Of a DNA stretch of 64,000 nt, positions 25,386 through 38,225 are shown one piece after another. Position 1 is the stretch's first letter, and each line of letters starts with the position of its first letter. The notes below the pieces were generated by a model. It was not told the DNA's origin and ran no database searches. It saw nothing but the letters and a program-made list of their open reading frames with translations. Both the position numbers and the translations under genes were made by a program. The stretch lies in contig OX597817.1 in the NCBI GenBank assembly GCA_951406725.2, positions 94,178,001-94,242,000 on the forward strand. The letters run 5' to 3'. The stretch comes from Octopus vulgaris (taxonomy: Eukaryota).

Positions 25386-25673
25386 AATGTCGTAGGTGAA
25401 TTCCAGGATAGATATGTTTCATAGCCAACAGAACATCGGAAGTTGTAAATTATCCAAACGTGGGGTAAACCGTAAGCTACTTTTAGGGCCAAGGATATCT
25501 TGATTATATAAAATTTACATTATCGTTAACAAACCCCGTGTTAACTCGTTGGGGATTCGTTTGAAATGCGAAGAATGCATATTTGTGAAGAAGACTAACT
25601 TGTTGAAGATTACTAACTTCTTACATCTTGACCCTTGTATCTTACCTTTACTTACATACATACATACACACAC

Positions 25674-25712
<39 letters not shown>

Positions 25713-26202
25713 TACATACATACATACATACATACATACATACATACATACATACATACATACATAGACATACATATACACACATATATATATATATACG
25801 TAAATACATATAAATCAAAATAAGCAACGAGGATATCCAGATGTAATGCAATATGATTGTTTCACGCAATTAAACTTCAATTAAATGGAGTTGCATGAAA
25901 CGATCGTACTGCATTACCTATGGATATGCTTGTTGCTTAATTTAATTTTAATTCATTTTACTTTCAAATTTTATGGATAACACCGTACTAACTTCTGGTG
26001 TCAAAACTTACACCCCATATTCATCTGAATCTAAATTATTGCATAAATACACAAACACACATACACGCACACACACACATATATATATATATACACAAAC
26101 ACACACACATATATATATACACACACACAGACATATATATATATATATATATATATATACAAATACATACATATATACATATGTACATATATAGATATGT
26201 AT

Positions 26203-26234
<32 letters not shown>

Positions 26235-26296
26235 GCACACACACATACATACACATGCACACACACACACACACGCATATATATATATATATATAT

Positions 26297-28167
26297 CAAG
26301 CTTTCCATCCCCTATTCCCAATTCATCCGGCTACGCAGGGTCTGTACTGACGACTATGACTTTGACACTTAGTCTCAACTCATGGCTTGCCACTTCATCC
26401 TATGTGGATATCCCTTCCCAACTATCCACACCGCCCTTGCCAGAGCACGTTCAGTGGACCGTGCATCTGCTCTCTCCCCCGCCCCGCCGTCTGCCCTCTC
26501 CCGTTTCCTCTCACCTTCCACCACACCACGCTTCTTCTCCAACGCACCATTCTCAGAGCCTCCCGACGACCCCAGTCCTACCCCTCAACTACGCACATCT
26601 TCCCTAACCGACCCCTCCACTCCTTCAAACGAGCTCACAACCTACGAGATCTCTTGGTCCACTGCTTCTTCCCTAACCCAACCTCCCAATCCGGCTCGCT
26701 CCCCTGCTTTTGCCCACGCTGCCGCACTTGCCCTTACCTCTCCAACACCACCCTCCTCACCAGCACCCATTATCGATCCTATCATATCACCGACTCCTTC
26801 ACATGCACTTCCGTCAATGTCATGTACTGCATCTCCTGCTCTCTCTGCCCTTCTCTATACATCGGGCAAACGAGACGCCGCTTAGCTGACCGGTTCGCAG
26901 AACAGCTCCGAGACATCCGACTCGGCAATGACACCCAGGTCTCGCGCTATTTCCGCTCTACCGGTCACTCGTTGCAACACCTGTTTGTGTTCTGACTGTC
27001 CTTGCACAGGGGGCATCCGTACTTCCGTTGGTGCTGTGAACAGAGATTAATCTTCTCTCTTCGCTCCTTTGCGCCACATGGGCTCAACTCACCTTCCCTC
27101 TCCTCTCTCCCTCTCACATCTACATCCTCCCACCCACCTCTCCTCTGTTGCTCCGATTCCTATTTCCTAATCCTTGGGTATCTCTTTTGAATGAATTATT
27201 CGTTATCTCTTCACTCCTACTCTCCTTCTTTCTTCTCTTCACTCCTACCCACTTATTCCTTCCCCCTCTCCCTTAATCGTCACTCCTTCATCATAACCCC
27301 ACCCTACAAAATCCGACCCCACCTTCCCTATCCATCCCATCCCACCTCCACCTCATCCCTTACACACACACCCACATACACCACCTCTACCCCACCCTCA
27401 GCCTAACCCACACCTCACCCTTGCTTACCCCATTATCGTCTCCCCCACGTCTCAACACCATCACACCACACCACACACCAATATACCATAATCCACCATA
27501 CCACATAACATCACATCATACCTATTTCTTTATTACCCACAAGGGGCTAAACACAGAGGGGACAAACAAGGACAGACATAGGTATTAAGTCGATTACATC
27601 GACCCCAGTGCGTAACTGGTACTTAATTTATCGACCCCGAAAGGATGAAAGGCAAAGTCGACCTCGGCAGAATTTGAACTCACAACGTAACGCAGACGAA
27701 ATACCGCTAAGCATTTCGCCCGGCGTGCTAACGTTTCTGCCAGCTCGCCGCCTGATAACATCACATCATACCACCACGTACACACTAGCACTGACCACTA
27801 CCCAGCCTCACATCCACACACCTACACATACAGACACGCACACGTCAAGGTCACCAACTCTCTCCCACATGCACATACATGCTCTCTTATAGACACGCAC
27901 GCGCACCTTCGTTTTGGGATCACCATTACTTTATTATCTCCCCTTCTTCCTATGTCTCCTGTGTGGCCCTTCAGTCTGGCATTCGCCATGATAGATCGCA
28001 AGCTAGTACACATTCTTTATTTTCTCTCCTTGTTTCTTGGTGTGTTCCTTTGTGGAAGAGTGTAGGCTCGAAACGTTAAAGACTTTTTCACTTCCCGAGC
28101 GTTAAACTAATACATCTGTTTGTTTTATACACCACCTGTCTTCGCTTTTTTTTCTTTTGTAAATTCT

Positions 28168-28170
<3 letters not shown>
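26297..28170 (+). mobile_element. 5'-truncated Neptune-clade Penelope-like element with 3' pLTR
   Basis: SIPYSQFIRLRRVC..GYP..SFKRAHNLRDLLVH..PCFCPRCRTC (linker Zn finger)..FTCTSVNVMYCISCSLCPSLYIGQTRRRLADRF..EQRLIFSL..PHGLN. (TA)n on both flanks. The pLTR carries a hammerhead-like motif at 28047-28082. Confidence 0.9.
27523..27754 (-). mobile_element. SINE (family S2) inserted in the PLE 3' UTR, 18-bp TSD
   Basis: TSD ATAACATCACATCATACC at 27505-22 and 27755-72; tail matches the Tx1 3' end at 17346-17384. Confidence 0.9.
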
Positions 28171-28202
<32 letters not shown>

Positions 28203-28236
28203 GAAGGTTGAAAAGAAACAAACGAGTTGATATGTA

Positions 28237-29012
28237 TAAAGAAAATAAATCAAGGTAGAAAATGCTAAAGTAATTTTATAATGAAAAACATTTTAGTACC
28301 GATTCAGTCATTGAGACTTTTTTAACTCTAAGTATAGAAAAAAAATTAAATTGTCGAAAAGTTAAATGAAAAGTTTTTAAACAAATATTTCCATAGTATT
28401 CAAATACAAGGGGAATTTTCCTTGTTTCTGCCTGTCTCTCTGTCTTTTTTTAATCTTGTGCGTTCGAAGTAGTTACGAATTCTTGTCTTTGATTGTTTAA
28501 GCAGCAGTAGTAGTAAAGGAAGGGTGTGGCAGAGAAGAAGAAGAAGAAGAAGAAGAAGAAGAAGAAGAAGAAGAAGAAGAAGAAGAAGAAGAAGAAGAAG
28601 AAGAAGAAGAAGAAGAAGAAGAATGCGGGAGTGGTATAATAGTAGTAGGCTGTTAAATGGTCAACTGCCCTGAAAGTGACTTGTTGTGGATGATAGTAGT
28701 GATTGGGACGGTTTTTAATGAATTCTTGAGGTATTTATTCTGAATGTATCTTTTTTAATATTTGCGTGGGTGTTATTCTAAGTAGAAGTAGTAGTAAATA
28801 ACTACTTTGTCTTCAAAGACAATTTCTATCGACAAAAGTCGGGGACTGCGATGGGTACGAGAATGCCCCCCTCCTTTGCTAACCTAGTCATGTGATATCT
28901 TTAATTATTTTCCGTACTTAGATTTGAAAAGTCTCAATGACTGAAACTGGTACTAAAATCTTTTTCATGATAAAATTACTTTAGCATTTTCTACCTTGAC
29001 TTATTTTCCTTA
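28237..29012. mobile_element. short PLE derivative with ~113-bp inverted termini and an RT fragment
   Basis: 28237-28350 is the reverse complement of 28900-29012. 28800-28898 (+) encodes NYFVFKDNFYRQKSGTAMGTRMPPSFANLVM (PLE RT motif). (GAA)n at 28533-28623. Confidence 0.75.
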
Positions 29013-29101
29013 CACACACACACCCACCCCCACCCACACACGTACACACACACATACGCACGCACACACACATACACACATACACACACACACACACGCA
29101 C

Positions 29102-29156
<55 letters not shown>

Positions 29157-29358
29157 TCGTTTTTGGATTTTGGAGAGTCAAAACTATTGGAAAGGTTGCA
29201 AGTGTCCTTTAGGTACCTGATTTGCAAACTCCTTATCAGTGGTCCGAGATTTCCTCTTTCTCTTGTATTTTTCTAACGACATTCGCGTTCATGTATGTAT
29301 GTATGTATGTATGTGTGCATGCATGCATGCACGCATGTATGTATGTGTGTATGTCTTT

Positions 29359-29389
<31 letters not shown>

Positions 29390-29764
29390 GATCGATCTAA
29401 TATATTTACCTATATATCGTATCACCATTAGATTATTAATACATTAGCTTCCCATCACCCTACTCCTCTCTCTTTCTTCTTCCCTTCATTTCACCAGTTT
29501 ATTCCACCATCACAGAAATCATTATTTTGACACAGCAACATGTCGGCTAAAGTAGCACCAACCATATTAAAATTGACTGGCTGGTCTACGCTGTCGATAC
29601 GTAAGTAATAAATTCACAAATACACACACATACATACACACACGTATATGCATGGGTGTATAATATCTATATAAATGTATGTACATATATATATGTATGT
29701 ATATACATGTATATATATATATATATATATGAATATATTTGTGTGTGTGTATGTATGTATGTAT

Positions 29765-30596
29765 GTATGTATCTATGTATGGGTGTATGTATATATGTAT
29801 ATACATAACAACTCTTATATTTTCTCCTACACTAACTTTTCCGATGCAACGTTCTCGTTCACACTTCATTAATGCTTCATAAATGCTTCATAAAGAAGAA
29901 CAACAATAAAAGAACATCTTCCGATCCAACTCACCACACACAATCACATACGAACATACACACGCATACTTACAAAGAAGCAAACGCACACGCAATCATA
30001 ATCATTCACGTGTACAGCAATACGTTTAGCACACGTACATGTCGAAATCTTCGAAGAATGTTTGGCACAAATCTATTAAATCATGTGTGCGTCTACAGAT
30101 AAAGTTATGTTGCTATGTGTTTGCAAAGATATGTGGGATAAACATATATCACTGAATTTAGGCCTATATGTGTGTGTGTGTGTGTGTGTCTGTGCCTGTG
30201 CCTGTGTGTGTGTATCTATGCGCGAGTGTGGGGTGGGGTTGCGTGCCCACGTTGCTTGAGGCCACTCAGCGGTCAAAAATGAGTAGTAGCTGTATTTCAA
30301 AAGACCAGCCTTGTCACACTGTTTCACGCTGAATTAAGGGTACACGTGTCCGTGCAGTGATCAACCACTTGCAGGCTGTTCCGTTGATCGAATCAGCTGG
30401 GACCTTCCTCGTCTTAACCGACGGAAAAATCATTTTATAGGCGCAGGCATGGCTGTGTAGTAAGAAGTTTGTTTCCCAACTACATGGTTCCGGGTTCAGT
30501 CCCACTGCGTGTCACTTTGAGCAAGTGTCTCCTACTATAGCCTCGGGCCGACCAAAGCCTTGTGAGTGGATTTCGTAGACGGAAAGAGAAAGAATC

Positions 30597-30672
<76 letters not shown>

Positions 30673-30860
30673 CTATGTATCTATGTATGGGTGTATGTAT
30701 ATATGTATATATATAACAACTCTTATATTTTCTCCTGCACTAACTTTTCCGATGCAACGGTCACGTTCACACTTCATTAAATCAAACCATTATAAGTAGA
30801 GCTTCATAAATGCTTCATAAAGAAGAACAACAAAACAAAACATCTTACGATCCAATTATA
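29765..30860 (+). repeat. local direct duplication of ~170 bp (29765-29930 and 30675-30860)
   Basis: GTATCTATGTATGGGTG..ACAACTCTTATATTTTCTCCT..CACACTTCATTAA..GCTTCATAAAGAAGAACAACA is present twice. Confidence 0.85.
30255..30427 (+). mobile_element. SINE 3' tail fragment (tail X)
   Basis: Matches 33890-34095 and 58790-58970. Confidence 0.7.
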
Positions 30861-30876
30861 CCATTTATACCATATA

Positions 30877-30944
<68 letters not shown>

Positions 30945-31350
30945 GGAAAAGTTTACGAAAAAACAAAAGACGAAGACAGGTGGTGTACAAAACAAACAGA
31001 TGTATTAGTATAACGCTCAGGAATAGAAAAAGTCTTTTACGTTTCGAGCCTACGCTCTTCTACAGAAAGGTACACAGAAAAAAACAAGGAGAGAAAAAAT
31101 GTGTGTAGTGGCTAACGATCTACCATGGCGTGACTAACGATCTATCATACATATATATATATAAATATGCATGCTTAGTGTCTTTGTGTCTGTGTTTGTC
31201 ACCCCACCATCACTTGACAACTGATGTTGGTGTGTTTGTATCTCGTACCTTAGCGGTTCGGAAAAAGTGCCCGATAAAATAGGATTTATTCGACTATGGG
31301 CGATGCTCCAACATGGCCGCAGTCAAACGATTGAAACTAATAAAAAAGTA
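30438..31350 (+). mobile_element. SINE (family S1) whose internal (TA)n is interrupted by other inserts
   Basis: Head GGCGCAGGCATGGCTGTGTAGTAAG..GGTTCAGTCCC at 30440-30600; the 3' half resumes at about 31170 (GTGTCTGTGTTTGTC..TTAGCGGTTCGG..CATGGCCGCAGTCAAACGATTGAAAC). Confidence 0.7.
30942..31130 (-). mobile_element. solo PLE pLTR (same family as 27984-28170) with minimal hammerhead-like motif
   Basis: Reverse-complement homology to 27984-28170. Minus strand 31033-31070 reads CCUUU-CUGUAGA-A-GAGC-GUAG-GCUC-GAAA-CG-UA-AAAGA. Confidence 0.8.
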
Positions 31351-31447
31351 TATATAAAAAAGTATATAAATTTGATAGGTGTCGACCTGTATAGATGTCT
31401 AACTTAATAGCACCACTATGTCTAACTTAATAGCACCACTTGGAGTG

Positions 31448-31481
<34 letters not shown>

Positions 31482-32114
31482 GATAGATATACATATGTAT
31501 GTGTGTGTGTGTGAGTATACAAGGGTAAAAATTATTAAAAATAATAATTTATACCATTAAGTAGCATACATAAAATAATGTCAGTGGGCATAAATATTTT
31601 TATAATATATATATTGAGAGCAGAGTCAGTAGAGTCACTGGAAAATATATATTTATTGAACTCGAATAAGTACTGAAAACACAAAGTATATATAAATATT
31701 TCAGTTCTTGGGCAAGATAATTCACTGTAGAATTTTATCCACTGCTGTACATATTCTGACTCGGCACGTTTGTTGAGGCATTTAATTTGAATTCTTGAAA
31801 TACAAAGATGTAACTAAATACGCATGTATTTTCTTTGTATTTTCGGTACGTATTCGAATTTCATAATTATATATTCTCCAGCAATACTACTGACGAGACA
31901 TGGATGGTCAATTCATCAATTACTTAATTAATTAATTGATTTATTTAATCATTAACGGTGTAACTTCGGAGTACAGAGTTAACTGAGAGTTTAATTCGCT
32001 TGCAACCACTATGCCATAAATAAGAATGCTCTTTCGTAGCTGGAGATCTGATTGTCCTTTTTAGTATGTAAGAGGTATACATAATGATCTTCTCTTCGTG
32101 TATAAACTTTTATA

Positions 32115-32175
<61 letters not shown>

Positions 32176-32236
32176 TGCATCATTCAGTCTACTATAATGA
32201 ATCCATAAACACATACAAAACATCCAAGGCTATATT

Positions 32237-32330
32237 TTCCCTCTGAAGATATTATGCTCAGATCATATGAACATAAATTTAATATTTACTTAATATTTAC
32301 TGAGTATTAATTAAAACAGTTGTAAGTGAA
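32237..32330 (+). other. degenerate hammerhead motif (probable PLE pLTR remnant)
   Basis: TTCCCT-CTGAAGA-TATTATGCTCAG...CTGAGTATTAATT-AAAA-CAGTTG-TA-AGTGAA; the GAAA box is mutated to AAAA. Confidence 0.45.
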
Positions 32331-32394
32331 GATGATTAATTTGTTGTTAATAATAAACGATTAACTTCCAATCTCCATTTTATTTTCTTCTGTT

Positions 32395-32500
<106 letters not shown>

Positions 32501-32564
32501 GTATATATATGCATATATCGATATGCATATGTATATATGTGTATGTATATATTTCTCTATGTAC

Positions 32565-34310
<1,746 letters not shown>

Positions 34311-34342
34311 ATACATGTATGTATGTATACATATATAATAAG

Positions 34343-35463
34343 TGAGAAAATATATTGTAAATTACCGAACGAAAGTTAAAAAGCGTATAACGTATACTGA
34401 GTGTACAACCGGACAGGAGGCAGACACAGACGATCCTTAATTCTTGAAGACTTTTCAACCAGATGGTATTACTTAGTTTCGCACCATTAATGATAAGAGT
34501 GAAAGCTTGCCATGCCGGCGGTGCCCGCCAAAGTTGCGGAGTATTTGGGGCCGAGAGCAAACAAAACAATGCAGAGTGGACATACGAAAGTGAATAAATG
34601 TAATTTAAGACGATGGAGAAAGACGAAAAAGACAAAAATGGTCGGTAACGCTTAGAAGGCATCGTAAAGGATTAGAAAACAACTAACATAGCAAGACAGA
34701 GAGACACAGAGAATTTAGGCCCGGTCAGCTACGCAACCGGTGTGAAAAAGGGAAAGAAGGGTGGACCACGGTTCATATGTCAGCAGCAGGCAGAGGAGAA
34801 AGAGAGCAAGAAAGAGGGAGGGAGAGAGAGAGTGACAGAAGAAAAACAACGGAGAGGATGAAGAGGGGAAAAAGGAGAAAAGAGAAAGGCTAGCAATAAC
34901 AGTAAGAGGGCGAGAGAGAAAGGAAGGAGAAAGAATGAAGGCTAGAAATAGAGTCACACGGATATATAAAACTTACTGTTAATAAAAGCCGGGTTGCGAT
35001 TCATTCCGTTACTTAATAAATGAAAAAATATATTGTAAATTAACAAACGTCATGTGAAAAACGTATAACGCATACTGAGTGTACAACCGGACAGGAGACA
35101 GACACAGAAGGTCCCTAATTCTTCATTAGTTATCAACCAGATGGTAGTACTCAGTTTTGCACCATTAATGATAAGAGTGAGAACTTGCCATGCTGGCTGT
35201 GCCTGCGAAAGTTGCGGAGAATATGGGTCCAAGAGCAAACAAAACAATGCAGAGTGGACATACGAAAGTGAATAAATGTAATATAAGACGATGGATAAAG
35301 ACGAAATAAATAAGAAACGAGCAAAATATAGCCTCAGGGCCAAGCGTTACTCACCATTCTTGCCTTTTGGGTCCTGAGGCTATATTTTGCTCATTTCTTA
35401 TTTATTTCATCCTTATCCATCGTCTTCAATTACATTTATTTACTTTCATATGTCCCCTCTGTA
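34343..35463. repeat. ~285-bp direct repeat plus terminal ~95-bp fold-back, PLE-pLTR-like arrangement
   Basis: 34343-34628 matches 35021-35305; 35248-35343 is inverted at 35367-35463. Confidence 0.75.
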
Positions 35464-35899
35464 TTCAAGTTCAAATTTTCCAATCGTGTCTCATTGCCAT
35501 TGCTGCCTCTCAAAGTAATGGTAGCTTCAAAATAAGGTCAGTATGCATGTTCAGTGATATGCACTGAAGAAAATAGGTAGTAAACTTATTTCTATTGAAA
35601 CATCAAGGATGATAAAACTTACGAGTATATGTGTAAACAAATTCTAGCTGAAAATTCAATGATCGAGCCTATGATCAAACGAATAGTTGATGGATCAAGT
35701 ATCTTATTAAGAAACCGATGAAAGTAGACGGTTGATGCCTTCCAGAGAAAAAAAAAATGCTTACCAAAAGGTATCAAAAGCTTAAACGGCTCCTGTAAGT
35801 GTTGAAAATAGAGCTTTTGGAAAATGATATGACATCATGTTTCACACCTAAAGGTAAGTCAGTTTCTTGTCCTTAATATTATTTATTTCAAAGTAACAG

Positions 35900-37150
35900 A
35901 TCACACTCTGATCATTTTAGCTTCCTGAAATTTCAAAAGATAAAAGGTATTGATTTTTTAATTAAATAGCATTCTTGCATTATTGATACAGTGATAATTA
36001 ACACAATTATTAATATGAAATTGGAAAGTACCCAGTATGTCAAACAGATAGATGGCAACATTTCAGTTCTCTTTGAGGAATCAGCAATTCTGAATATTAA
36101 GATCTCCTTAATAGTTTATTTGAAATGGGAAAATGATAAGGAAGGCGGCATCATTTTGTGTGCTTAAACCTAATTGAATGGTCTAATCAGAGAAGTGTAA
36201 CTGTTACTAAGCTTCTGTTTAACTGTCACATCCATCATGGGCTTAATAACGTTTGCTTGAGACAGAACCTTATAGCATTTGCTAGTGATGGAGTAAGTGT
36301 AATGGTTGTTGTCAAATCTGGTGATGTAACATTTAACAGGAAACATTACCGAAATGTGATCATTTGATAATGTCTTAATAACAAATTAGAACTTGCAGTA
36401 GGAGAATTGGTAAGAGAAGTTCATGAATTAATAATTTTCAAAAATTTATGGATAAATGGTACCCTAATAAAGGTAGATCACCTCTTAATCGAAGGAACTA
36501 TCTAAATGTATCTCTCAACTAGAATAGGCCATTTCGGTGGGCACCAAGTTAAAACGCAAGCGCGTTTTAACTGTTTTAGTGTGCATTTATTTAGTAAAAG
36601 CAATGAAGGATGATTATAAGGTGATAGAAAAATTTATGAAGGTCCGTTGAAGAGACTCTCGTGAGAAGAATTTCCATTGAATTTAGCGGTAATGTATGAT
36701 ACATTGCATGAAGTTGGTTTATTATCAAAATGTTTACTACCATTACTTATGCAGCACATAAGATCAGTAAATGAAACAGCAGCCTAGTGCACAAGCTCCA
36801 AAAGCCCAAGAGGGAGTTGAAAGTGGAATTTAGAATAATTACCTTCACACTAATGTCTTCATTAATCATCTTCCGTTTCCTACTGGTCTTACAAACAATT
36901 TTCAGCACTTAATATTTTATTACTCTACCCTTGAAAGACTTAACCTTCTAAACTATAGAGTATGTATAAATACCGACTAAATTGAATGTGTCTTTGATCA
37001 AGTTTACTGGCTGGCTGAAATATCACCTAAATATAGAGAAACTGCAATTTCATCTCTCTGTAAGAGGTTTAAGCTATTTTACTTCCCTTACAATAAATGC
37101 CTTAAGAGATGATGAAGACTGTTGTTAAGCCACATAGACTTCATCTAATT
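35900..37150 (+). pseudogene. decayed hAT-superfamily (KIAA1586/ZNF862-like) transposase
   Basis: ISVLFEES..LIVYL..LNLIE..NLIAFASDGVSVMV..KSG..CLNNKLELAV matches the hAT (F)xSDGAxVMxG and HCxxHRLELA motifs. Heavily disrupted. Confidence 0.55.
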
Positions 37151-38074
37151 CAGCAACATCCTAAGACGTATATAGCGTCAGGGCTGTGGTACTACATACT
37201 GTAGATGATAGACAGGCAAAAGTTGCTTTAAACCCATGATCAGAAACTATGCCCTACATTTTATGAAAATTATGCCACTTGTTGATATCATTTTCATAGA
37301 GTAATTACTCCTAAATTGGTAAAAAACAAAAAAAAAACAACAACATAATTTGTATCTTTTTCTTTGCATTCTTGATAATTATATTTTATGATAATTATTG
37401 AGTGCAAGTTACACTGTGCAACTGTGCTAAACCCTGTCATATAATAAAGTATTGTGGTTTTTTAGGTCTAATTGTACCACTTATACCCCCCCCCCGCATT
37501 TAGGGATAGACTATAATCTCCTTAATGTCTTAAATACCAAGGGTAGGTGTAGCAAATACAAGAAGAGAGGGAAAGAGAGAGAGAGAGAAAGGAGGAGAGA
37601 GAGATAAATATACGGACAAACTGATAGATATAGAGGATATAAAATATAATGAGCATTTTGTGAGCTTTGGCACCTTAAAAAATCTAAAGAGCACCTCTAA
37701 CCACAGCGTAGACTTTTCTTTACGATACCATAAAATATGCTCATTAAAATGTATGTGTATATACACAAGTAAGCACATAGATGCAAACAAAGTTGAAAAA
37801 ATAATACTCGGAAACCAAAAGTAGAGTAATATATCATTTGCTAAAGCTGAAGAATATTTTCAGAAACTGCCACTCAGAGTTTCACGTGACCTTTCGTCAG
37901 ACAGTTGCGATAATATTGAATAATAAATTATCTGGGTATATGTAATACAATCTTACAGTTCAATAAATAGGAATTTCAATCGGATTGAGAGATTAATTTT
38001 TAAAAAGATATAACGGTTTAAGGTTGGTTGTCAGTGGGGTTAACCTTAGTTATATTGTGACACCTGTCATTTGG

Positions 38075-38225
38075 TGCAAGCATGGTTGTGTGGTTAAGAA
38101 ATTTCGATTCGAATCCACGTGGTTTAAATTCGGTCCTACTGCGTGGCATCTTTGTCAAGTGACTTCTACTATAAACTCGAGATAATCAATATCTTGTGAG
38201 GGAAAATTGAGAGACGAAAGTCCGT
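38075..38225 (+). mobile_element. diverged SINE head (family S1)
   Basis: GCATGGTTGTGTGGTTAAG..GCGTGGCATCTTTGTCAAGTGACTTCTACTATA..CTTGTGAG is homologous to 30440-30600. Confidence 0.6.

Noticed and set aside
31395-31440. Short perfect tandem duplications (also ~329-369 and ~7860-7891)
   Set aside because: Ordinary slippage or repair duplications with no further structure.
37865-37908. Hammerhead on the minus strand (CUGACGA..GAAAC)
   Set aside because: Stem II does not pair and the cleavage triplet would be GUG. At best a dead relic. Similar weak cases at ~25410-25490, ~31890 and ~43855 were also not called.
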